Below are positions 24,250 to 34,879 of a stretch of DNA of 64,000 nt, piece after piece (position 1 is the stretch's first letter; every line of letters begins with the position of its first letter). A program made the position numbers and the translations under genes. The notes beneath the pieces are model-generated. The model worked only from the letters and a program-made list of their open reading frames with translations. It was not told where the DNA came from and did not search any database. This stretch comes from the human T2T-CHM13v2.0 reference genome, Homo sapiens. The stretch is taken from the NCBI RefSeq assembly GCF_009914755.1, contig NC_060944.1; one strand, written 5' to 3'.

Positions 24250-26160
24250 TTTCTTGTAGAGATATGTCACCACATCACAGCTATTTTTAAACTTCTTACT
24301 GATTCTATCAGTTGGTTTCATCCCAGTCTTTCATGAATATATTCTTTGTGGAGCCTACTTATTTTCTGTTCTGATTTGAAGTTTTGCTTTATAGACCTAC
24401 TTTACAACTCTCACCCTTGCATTTCTTTTAGTTGCACTTTAGGGCTCATTCTACTGTTTTTTTGTATATGACTCTTTCAGTCTATTAATTTTTATTCTTC
24501 TTTTGTTGTGGCACAGCCTTAAGTAATTTCTGTGAAAAAGATATTGGGAAATTTACCTTCTGAGTCCTTGAATTATTAAAAATATGCTTATTTTATCTCA
24601 GATTTAATAATAGTTTGGTTGGGTATAAAATTCTCACATACATTAATTTGAGTATAAAATTATTGTAAATTAATTTTCTGATAGAAACTTCAATACTTTT
24701 CTGCATTGGCTAATAACACCCAGTATTGTTGATGTTAGTATGATCCTCAATCCTTTGTATATGATCTAAGTTTTCTGTCTTTAAGCATTTTATATTTTCG
24801 TTATATCCTTGGGATTCTGATATTTCATAAGTATGTACACAGTTCTGAATCCTTTTTCACTCATTTTGCTGGCATGCTGTGGGCCATTTAAAGATGAAGA
24901 TTCAGATTAAATTCTCTGGCAGCCTTTCTTCTGTCATTGCATGTCTTTGATAATCCCCTCTCCACTACCCCCGTGCCCCGGCATTTCATCTGAAACTGCT
25001 AATGCTCAGATCATTTTCCTGAATTGACTCTCTATGCATTGTATCTTCTCTATTATGATTTTGGCCATTGTGTATTTACTCTGGATTCCAGAAAATTACC
25101 TTGACATTATTTCTCAACATTTCCATCTGATTTTCAAAACCAGAAAACATATTTTTAATTTCCAAGAGCTCTTTCTTATTTTTTGTTCATTTTTTTAGAG
25201 CATTTCATTCTTGTTTTGTAGATGTGATATAATCTCAAATCCTTCTGAGGTCATTAATTAGAGTTTTTTTTTTCTTAATTTCTTCTTTGGTTGCCTGAAT
25301 TGTGTTTGTTTCCTCTGGCGTTGTTTAGTTTTGTTTGTTTGGTGCTTCTGCTTTGTGTAGTAGTTAGTATTCTCCATATTCTTGGTGATCTGTTTCGGTG
25401 TTCATTTTTAAGAAGGAAGACATGGATCCATTTTTCTAGGTAACTTGGTGTGCACTTTTGCTGCTGTAAGCTGTGTGGCTTGGGTGAGGCGCCTGCATGA
25501 GGGCAGGGCTAACTGACTGATAGGCTTCACATTAGAGAGAAGAGGCAGGCAAGGAGGTTTTGGGCCTGGGGACCCCCAAATGCCAGAATGAGGAGGGCAT
25601 GGCCATGGGTGCTTTTACACACTCTAGGAGTCCTGGATCCTAACTCCTAGAAAGCGTGTTCAATTTAGAAAAGAAAGCTTTGTCGTCGCTGTTGTCTTTC
25701 TCTTCCCCAGGAGCCAGAGGTACAAGCTGGGTGGGCAGCCTGCCCTCTTTGTGCTCAGAGTTGGAGGAAAAGTAGGGCAGGGTGTAAGAAATGAATGGTG
25801 CAGTGGGTTGGGAGTACGTTTTTAATTCCTCTCCTCTTTTGCAGTCCTTTTTCCTCAATTGCTCAGCCCTGGTCTGCTGGCTGAGGAGCCTGTGTCCTGC
25901 TGGCAGGGTGGCCCTTTCCCTGCTGTCCCCTCCTGTGCCTTCTGAGCCACCGTTTCCCTCACACAGCCTTGTTCATCAATACACTCCGGCCACGCAGGCC
26001 CTAGCATTGTTTTTTAGAAACCTCTCATCTTTTGCTTGTTGGTTTCCTTACTGTTATCCTTTGATCTTAAGAGATTTTTATTCCTTGATTCCTCCATGTT
26101 CAAGGTGTCTTAGGAGAAGAGGAAGACAAATAGTATGCCCTGTCTCTATCTACAATTTGT
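24250..26160 (-). mobile_element. Old L1M remnant (5' region)
   Basis: T-rich reverse L1 5'UTR/ORF1-like sequence, e.g. 'tagtttggttgggtataaaattct' and 'tttttaatttccaagagctctttctt'. Confidence 0.55.
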
Positions 26161-26849
26161 CCCTTTTTTAAGATTTCTACTTTGGGTTAATTTTCCTGGT
26201 ATTAGAACAAGTCTTGCTTTTGGCCAAGCCCAGGTATGGGGAATAATTTGGTGTTCCTTTCAACAGATGTTTCAATATTTGTTCATTTGAGGAGAGGTGT
26301 CTGGGAGGGGTGCTGGACAGCAGCAGCTGGTGGTGGCTTGACAGGTTCTTGGCCATCCCAGGTGACTGTGCCTAGTCCCTAACTCACAGGCCCCAGCCCA
26401 CAAAACAAAAGCCAGTTCTTAGCCAGCACCATCCGCTCTAGGTAGAAGTTCACTGACCACCTGTAGTTACCTAAGCTTGACTCCTGGGAACTCTGATTCC
26501 CTACCCCTAGAAGCTTATTATAAAAAATCTCCTTTGGCCACACTAGATGAGACATGCTCCGGTGAGTGCAGTTTTCTTCATGTGATTCTATTTCCAGTGG
26601 CGTTTGGGCATCTCTCATGGAGAGCTCTCCCATTCACGGGCACCTCTGTGCAGGTGGGTTTCCAGGAGAGCCCAGCTGGGAGCACAATTCGGGAGAGTTT
26701 CAGAGCCCTCCTTCTGTGCCCAGCAGAGCCACTCTAAGATCCACTGGCGCTGGGACTGCGCCCACTCTTGGCTGCCTTTCCAGGCCATTCAGCAGCCCAT
26801 TGTTTGCCACAGCCACACTCGAGTCTCTCGGGCTGTGCCCATTTCCAGC

Positions 26850-27400
26850 AACTCTGAGCGGGGTCACCAATTAAAGGAGGAAACAAAACGTTTCCTGAGC
26901 CGGCGGCCTCCGGCTGGCTCTGCTTCCTGTTGCTGTGTGAGTGCGGGGTTCTCGCGTTGCCCACGGCTCCCACCGTTCTCCGTGTGTGTCCCTCTCCACG
27001 TCTTCATTATTCCTCATTAGCTTTGGTTTCCTCTCTCCCCCTCCCCTTTTTACACGTCTGTTATTTCCAACCCTTTAGCCACACAAAATGAGGGGTGCCC
27101 TTTTCCTGTCGCCTCGGGAGTCACTCCTCCCTCTGCCGTCACCTGCGGATGCCAGGCCATGGCACTCGGCCACTTCTCGGCCACAATGGGAGCTCTCAGA
27201 GCCGGGCGGCGCGGCCTGGGCCGGGTGCCAACATGCCACAGCGAGGCAGCTCGGCCTGCAGAGGGGCGTGAGCCTGGCAATCAGACCCTCGCAGAGCCGC
27301 CACCGACTTGCTGTGGGGTCTGGGGCAAGTCACTTGACCTCTGCTTAGCTCCTCGTCCCGGAGAGGAAGTGAAGATGGCTTTCCTGGGACGCTGGAGGAA
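26850..27400. promoter_or_regulatory. Small CpG-rich, GC-rich patch (weak/orphan CpG island, candidate enhancer)
   Basis: Clearly raised CpG density ('gagccggcggcctccgg', 'ccgggcggcgcggcc') against CpG-poor flanks; ETS-like CTTCCTG. Confidence 0.5.
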
Positions 27401-27484
27401 TTACCAATGAAGGCAGGATGCCTCCTGGCCCAGGCCTAGAGACCCACTGCCAGCCTCTTGGATGGGTGATTTTGTGCATGCTCT

Positions 27485-27885
27485 CAGACAAACACACATA
27501 CACACACACACACACACAAATACACATGCACATGTGTAGACACACATGCAAGCATACATATATTCATGCATTCATATATGTACTCATAGACAAAAACATA
27601 AATACATATGCACAGAGACATACAGACATACATTTACACACAAACACACATGAACAACCAATGCAGACACACACAAACACATGCACACTCAGACACAAAA
27701 ATATTTCCACACCCACACAAACACATTTATATACAGACTTACACACTTTTTGTACACTTATACACACAGTCACAGACTTATTCTTACCCAAAATATGCAC
27801 ATATACATACACACATTTACACACAGACATACACACTCACATACAAATGCATGTTCACCACATCAAGGATACATATAAGTGTGTG
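27485..27885. repeat. Degenerate (CA)n/CATA low-complexity tract
   Basis: About 400 bp of acacac/atacac variants, which produce spurious H/T-rich ORFs. Confidence 0.9.
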
Positions 27886-28596
27886 TATATGAGTGGGTTT
27901 CCCAATGAAACAAATATAAACCAAATAAAATTTCAACTTCTCTTTATGAAAACAAAACAAACAGCTTGAAATCTCTGGGATTTTGCCTGTTCTTTTCTTG
28001 TTATACAGCAGTCAAAAGTCCTTGGCCTGTGTGTGCTAGTCACTGCGCCAGGCACAGTGAGGCATATGACAAACAGCTGATGTGGCCTCAGGCCTTGAGA
28101 GACTTATGGGCTATTCGGGGAACACAAGCCAATGACTCAGGGCACTGACATGCTAACACACTCGGGTAGAGAGCTTATGGGAGGGTCCAGCTGTGGCACA
28201 AAAGATGGAATGTTGCATCCTGCCAGAGGAGAAGGATCAAGGAGGGCTGCATGGAGGCAGGGGCTCTTGATTTGGATGGCCCCGCCAGATCAGGGCAGAC
28301 CACTCATTTAGCTGGGCTTGGTGTCAGAGCCACAGGCAATGACTCTGACTCCAGACATGCATGTGGAATGTGTGGGAAAGAGCAAAGGGTCCCATCAATT
28401 CATTCTTCTTTGAAGAGGTGGCTTCAAGTGCCTGCCATGACCACAGTGGGTTGGGGGATTCTCAGCTACATCTGGGCCACCGCAGGCATCAAAGCTGGAG
28501 AAGCAGAGCTGACTGCCCCTCGAGCACCTTCACACCTAGCCTTGCTCGACACTGTCAGTGAACTCTTTGCACGTTTTTCTTCTGTAGCTGTGTATC

Positions 28597-29185
28597 TGTG
28601 GTGATCGACTGTATTTTTCAAAGGCAGTTGCATCAGTATTTTTGTTCCACATGCTCTTCCAGAACCTTGCCTCATCTGCACCAAGAGGTAGTGTCTGTTT
28701 CCCTCCCCTTGCACTTTGTTGCAAGGGTATGGCTTTGTTGACTACCTTGGTGAATAGAATGTGTGACCTTGGGGCTATGTCATGGAAGGTGGTAGGGTTT
28801 CCTCATGGTTCTCTCTTTGGGTCAAGTGCCTTGGGAGCCTGGCACACATGGGAAGTCCAACTGCCCTGAAGCTGCTGGGCTGGAGAGACCATGTGGAGAG
28901 ACCACACAAGGACAGAGAGAGATGCTGGGGTCAGGGAGGACCCCCTGCTTGTCCAGCCCCAGCTGTTAGCATCTCCCCAGGGCCGGCACCAGCCATGAGT
29001 GAGGGGCTTTCTGATGACTCCATTCCAGTCTTTGGGCTGCCCAGCTGATGCCTAGTAGAGCAGAGATGCACTCTTCCTACAGAGCCTTGTGCAAATGGCA
29101 TCTTCAGGAACCAAACAAACTTGCTGTGGGCTTAAGCCACCAAGTTTTGTGGAGGTTTGGTACCCAGCAACAGACAACTGGAGCA
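28597..29185 (+). mobile_element. MLT1 MaLR solo LTR
   Basis: TG...CA termini; 'ccacatgctcttccagaaccttgcc', 'gagagaccatgtggagagac', 'ttaagccaccaagttttg...cagcaacagacaactggagca'. Confidence 0.8.
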
Positions 29186-29810
29186 TCAGTTCAAGCAAAT
29201 GTTTGGTCATGTTTGCCCTTAAGGGCTGAGACAAACCTTGCAAAATCTTGGTTACTCTTGGAGGTCTTATTCAAAAGGCAAAGTCTTCACATGTGGACTT
29301 TTAAAAAATTGCACTCCTCCTGGAACACTGGAGAGGAAAAGCCCAAAAGATCCAAGGTGCCTCTTTACAAGCAGGTGGCTTTATCTAAACACACGATCAT
29401 ACAAACCACCTGCTGTCCTGCCTTTTCATGAACTTGGCTTCTTTTCTACCAGGTGTAGGGAACACAACCATTCAGCATAAACAACACTTACATTGGGCTT
29501 AGAAAGTCTAATGAAATGAAAGTGGCAATCCTGGCATATTTGGGATTAGTCTTTGAATCCGTATGGTTCATTCTGCAAGGCAGGCTGACCTCCCACACTA
29601 GCAAAGGGACAGACCCTTACAGCCAGGGATCTCTAGAATGGAGAGCCGCCTGTTCCATCTGCTTCATGATGCATGAAGTACCTTGAATGTGCCTGCTAGT
29701 CAAGTCATGGAAAGTTAAGAGACAGAGAGAGGACATCTTGACTTAAAAATAGATGTTTAAGTGCATTTTCAATCCACCATAGGTGAGCATTTTCATAAAA
29801 TACAATAACA

Positions 29811-29970
29811 GGCTGGGTGTGGTGGCTTACTCCTGTAATCCCAGTGCTTTGGAGGCCAAGGAGGGAGGATCACTTGAGCCCAGGAGTTTGAGGCTGCAGT
29901 GAGCTGTGATGGCAACCCTGCACTTCAGCATGGGCTACAGAGTGACTCTGTCTCTAAAACAATAAAAATA
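29811..29970 (+). mobile_element. Alu monomer (FRAM or left/right-arm recombinant)
   Basis: Single monomer with an A-rich tail; flanking repeat aaaatacaat. Confidence 0.85.
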
Positions 29971-30416
29971 AAAATACAATGCAATGACAATGAATTACTA
30001 AGAAAATGAAATAAAAATATACACTAAAATTCAAGCCTAAAATTATTATTAGATTTAACAGACCTAAAGTTACCCTGCTTAATTGGTATCAAAGTCTCTA
30101 AGTGGTTGCCCTCCAAATCTCCACCCATCTCACTGCAGATCAGCACAAATCTTCAGTGCACAAGCTCAGGTGCCCAGGACCACTCACTGACTAGCACAGG
30201 TCTAGAGAGCAAACAGAAGCTATTTTCAGGAAGGCAGAGTTGGAATGGGAAAGGTGCGAAGGAAAAAGCCGTAAAATATGTAGGACCCAGGTGTAAGAAG
30301 TAAGAGAAGTGGGCTGTCTTCAGCAGGGGAAGCGCCAAGACAGAGAATGTTAGGGTTCCATACAGACTGACTTTGTTCACTCTTTGTTTTTTAGCCTGAG
30401 GTTGATCTTAAGATCA

Positions 30417-30814
30417 GATTAAGAAAATGTGGCACATATACACCATGGAATACTATGCAGCCATAAAAAATGATGAGTTCATGTCCTTTGTAGGGACATG
30501 GATGAAGCTGGAAACCATCATTCTCAGCAAACTATCACAAGGACAAAAAACCGGACACTGCATGTTCTCACTCATAGGTGGGAATTGAACAATGAGAACA
30601 CATGGACACAGGAAGGGGAATATCACACACTGGGGCCTGTTGTGGGGTAGGGGGATGGGGGAGGGATAGCATTAGGAGATATACCTAATGTTAAATGACG
30701 AGTTAATGGGTGCAGCACACCAACATGGCACATGTATACATATGTAACTAACCTGCACATTGTGCACACATACCCTAAAACTTAAAGTATAATAAAAAAA
30801 AGAAAAAGAAAAAA
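30417..30814 (+). mobile_element. Young L1PA 3' end (severely 5'-truncated)
   Basis: Low-divergence L1PA 3'UTR 'gattaagaaaatgtggcacatatacacc...cttaaagtataataaaaaaa'. Confidence 0.95.
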
Positions 30815-30824
30815 CACTGAACAG

Positions 30825-30828
<4 letters not shown>

Positions 30829-30866
<38 letters not shown>
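30829..30866. repeat. (AC)19 microsatellite
   Basis: Perfect AC run. Confidence 0.97.
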
Positions 30867-30869
<3 letters not shown>

Positions 30870-31094
30870 GAGTCTCCACTGGAGAGAGGGTGGACAGGGC
30901 ATGAGGATTTGTAACTTCTGGCATTCTGGCAGAGACTGGTATTAGGGCTCCTTTAACTGAAAGCAAATTCTATTTCCAGTCCTTCAGAGACACCAAGTAG
31001 GCTCCAAAGAGCCTGGCCAAGCACACAGTCCTCACCCCACAGTATTCTTCTTGGACGTTTGAACCTTGGAGTTGCAGGAATTCTGAGGATGCTT

Positions 31095-31098
<4 letters not shown>

Positions 31099-31142
<44 letters not shown>
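31099..31142. repeat. (GT)22 microsatellite
   Basis: Perfect GT run. Confidence 0.97.
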
Positions 31143-31144
<2 letters not shown>

Positions 31145-31699
31145 TGTATGCCAGCTCAGTATCTAGCAATCAACTTCCATGGTGGCATGACACTTGTAGC
31201 ATGGTTGACAGATATGTCCTTTCCTTCTTGGATAGTGTCTGTTCTAACACGTGCCATTTGGGATCCCTTGGAATCTTCATGTACAGAACTGGTTGCTGCC
31301 TCGTTGAGTCGGTGGGGACAGAATAGCTCCTGGTTGACAGCATGGGTTGTGCAGAAGGACGGATCCTGCAGGTAAATCACAGCAGATCTCAGCCATGTTT
31401 GCAAGTATGTTACTTAAAAAATTCCAATTCTAATGCATTTAAGAGTTTTCATGATTCACGTCATTTTCACCCCTCTTTCATTCTGCTGTGCTTTCTTGCG
31501 TGGAAGGGAAAAGCATAGCCTTACAATTCACAGGCATCACCCACTCCTCTCTCACCATTATTGCATCTCATGGCCCTCAAATCTTACTGATGTTTTGTTA
31601 CCACTTATAGCAATTTGAGGTTATTAAAGAGTTTCAAATCCCAACATTTTTGGGGGGAGCCTTTATAAAAATCTCATATGATATTTATGTCAGTTTAAT

Positions 31700-32230
31700 A
31701 AAATATGATGATACCCAGCAATTTCACTTTCATCATTTAGACCAAAGGAATATTTGTACACATGCATGAGGCAGTATGTGAAAGGAAATACATTATGGCA
31801 ATTTCTGGAAAAATACGAATTTAGAAATGCCCTAAATGGCCATCAAAACGGGGATGGACAGATAAACTCAGATTCATTCATACAATGGGATGCTCACAAG
31901 ACATATCTGTAAGTGGGAACATGGAAGGGTCTCAAGATGCACTGTTGACCGAGGAAAGCGATTTCCAAATAATACACGCAGCACGATAGCATTGCTGAAG
32001 GAAACAGAACCTCATAAACTACAAAGCGTGACCACAGGTTTTCTAAGGGTACATACCTCATAGAAAATAATTTGTAGTGCAACATCCAAAACGATGACAA
32101 TATCTCCTGTAGTAGGAGAGGAGGAAACCGAGAGCAGTGGTGCTCAAAGGGGATTTTTAGTCTTACTTGTAATTCTTGGAGTTTTTTTTTTAATGAGGAA
32201 ACATTACTCATGTCTTATTTATGTAGTAAT
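31700..32230 (+). mobile_element. Old L1ME 3' fragment
   Basis: 'cccagcaatttcactt...aaatgccctaaatggccatcaa...acatggaagggtctcaag'. Confidence 0.6.
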
Positions 32231-32469
32231 AAAATCATGTCAGAAATCTGGGTATACTGATGAGCATGACTATCACCCCGGCAACGTCTATCTGAGTAAA
32301 GGCCAAATAAAGACGAGAGAAAGAGACAAGAGCACTCACAGAGCAGTGCTCAAGGCCAGGGCCCATGACTCCAACTGCCAGAGCCTCTAGCTCCAGCTCC
32401 ACCCCACAACCCACCCTGGCTGCGGCAGCCCTCAGAGGTTTCCTGGGCTTGCTGCCAGCTGTGGGGTTA

Positions 32470-32700
32470 GGAAGTTAAGAGAATGAACCCTGGAGCCAAG
32501 CCACCTGGCTTCCCATTTTTCCAATCTTTCCAAGCGATGCGATCCCTGGGGAAGTCAGGCACCCCTCAGTGCTTCAGCTCCCTTGAGTGTCAAGTGGGTA
32601 CAAAAATATGGGGGTGTTATGGGAGTTAAATTAAATCATATGACCAAAATTTAGAATGGTACCTAGGACAGAGACATCTCCAAGTAAATATTATCTGCTA
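32470..32700 (+). mobile_element. MIR
   Basis: 'ctggagccaagccacctggctt...ggggaagtca...ctcagtgcttcagctccc'. Confidence 0.55.
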
Positions 32701-33034
32701 CTATTAATCTTCAAAAGCTTTTTTTTCTTCCCTAGAAGTTTCTTTAGGGACTCAGATGTTTAATTTCCACTAAGACCAAGCCAGCTCCAAAGCCTCCTCC
32801 TTTATTTCAGATCCTTGATAAGTAGCAACATGGGAAGGTTTAAAAGAAAGTCAGGTCCAACATTTCCTTGTATGAATGGAGAAACTGAGGCCCAGAGACG
32901 CAAGTCTCATTGCTGATCCTCCCAGGAAGTTAGCAGAAGAGCTAGCCCAGACGTCCTCCCTCCTGACCCCTCTGGCCAGCTCTGTGACCATTGGCACTAC
33001 ACACTCCTCTGACAGAGGAAAGAGCGGGAGCTGA

Positions 33035-33312
33035 GCTGGGCGCCCTGGCTTATGCTTGGAATCCCAGCACTTCGAGAGGTTGAGGCAGGAGGATTGCTTG
33101 AGCCCGGGAGTTCAAGACCAGCCTGGGCAACATGGTGAAACTCCATCTCTACCAAAAATATAAAAAATTAGCTGGGTGTGGAGGTGTGCACCTGTAATCC
33201 CAAGCTACCTGAGAGGCTGAGGTGGGAAGATCACGTGGGACTATAGTGAGACATGACCACGCAACTGCACTCCAGTCTGGGCGATGGAGTGAGACCTTGT
33301 CTAAAAAAAAAA
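33035..33312 (+). mobile_element. AluJ (small internal deletion)
   Basis: Dimeric Alu with 'ggattgcttgagcccgggagttcaagacc' and an A tail. Confidence 0.9.
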
Positions 33313-34879
33313 GGAAGCTGGAATTGGCTTGTGGAACAACAGAATTGTAATTTTTCTCAAAAGACTGACTTATTCCACTTTGGAAAATGGGCAAAATACT
33401 CCTGCAGCTCCGGCAACATTCTATGGGGTCCTCAGTTATGACCGTGACAATGGTACAGACAGGCTCGACCCTGCTGGTGCCACAGAGCAGGGACTGTGGG
33501 AGCCTGAAGATGAGCTTTCATGGCTCCAGGACAGGACAGAGAGGAGGCACCTCTGCAGGAGGCTCGGAGATTGAGATGTGCTCATTGCAGGCAGGCAGCT
33601 GTCCTTCCCATGGATGAGAGCAGCCCCTCTCTTCTGCAATATTGACCAGCAAAGAAAACAAAAACCATCTTCATACTTTTTCAGTAGAAAATGAAGCAGT
33701 TTATTTAATATTATTTGGATAACAAGCCTCCACATGAACAGGATTCGAATGTCAGTTGTCTTAGGGGAAAAAAGATTTATTGGTTGGTAAATATTGAGAA
33801 AGAAAAGCTGATAAAGAACAGTTTCAGCTGCGGCTTCTGCCCGGAGCAGGAGAACAGGCCTGTGTTGTATTTTGGGGCCCTGGGAAGGCAAAAAATTGTG
33901 AATGTCTTTCTTTGTTGGTGGGTGTAAAAGTGGAGCCCGCTACAAATAATTTCTTATTTCTTGTCGCATAGATTTTAAATTATGTAGCTTCCCTACCTTG
34001 TTAAGTATTAAAGCGGTCTTGTTTAAGGAAGAGACACTTAAATAATGAAGCTTATGTATCTTGTTTTCAGACATCAATATCTGGCTTTGAGTGGCACAAA
34101 GAAATAAAGGAATGTGGATTCAGACCTCACTGGGATGCTTGGCAATTCTAATTCTACCCCAGACTGCAAATGGACACACAACTGTTGTGACTTTTGTTGA
34201 AGAGGAGAAGGATGGGTGAGCATGTGACATTGGGAAATTGTATTTTCTTCTTCGAGTTCTTCTGTTTCCGAATATTTAATCCTACTGTTTTCTTCTTTAG
34301 TGAAGGTCTCTTTAGTCAATAATCTCTTTGCTGAAATTGCTTCGGGCAGCACAGAAGCTGGATTCAGAAGCACACAGGTCTGGGGATGCAGGCTTCGGCC
34401 AGCCTGATGCAAGGAAAGACTGCCATCTCGTGGTCAGCTCAATCCTGGCACCTTGGTGAGGGACCAGGCTGCAGAAAACCAGGCTTGGGGAGGAAACGGT
34501 GCTGCAAACTGGATTTCTGCCGGACAGTGTGGATGCCCTTAGAAAACACCCAGAAAAGAGCTGAGTGCCCCCCAAGGTAGGCTTCAGTGAATCCTCTGCA
34601 GGTGTGTTGTCATCCCTTGAGCCAAACACATGCTTCACACACACGCTGCAGGCTGCGTGAAAATGAGGTAGAAATGTGGGGAAAACATAATCCCATGGAG
34701 AGAACAAAGAGCTGAACACGTAAATGCCTCCGGCGTGCCTGGCAGAGAGAACACTCAGGCTGAGAGAAGGGACAGTGACTTGTACCAAAGGTAGGCAAGT
34801 AGCCTCTGGGGTCTCAATCAGCAGGGCATCTGGTCAACCCTTCAGACAAAGTCAGGTCTGAGCAGGCAAGATCCATGGA

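Noticed and set aside
27250-27272. CTCF site (cctgcagaggggcg)
   Set aside because: Mismatches at core positions; not supportable by eye.
27418-27969. His/Thr-rich 183-aa ORF and overlapping ORFs
   Set aside because: Artefact of the CA-rich low-complexity tract.
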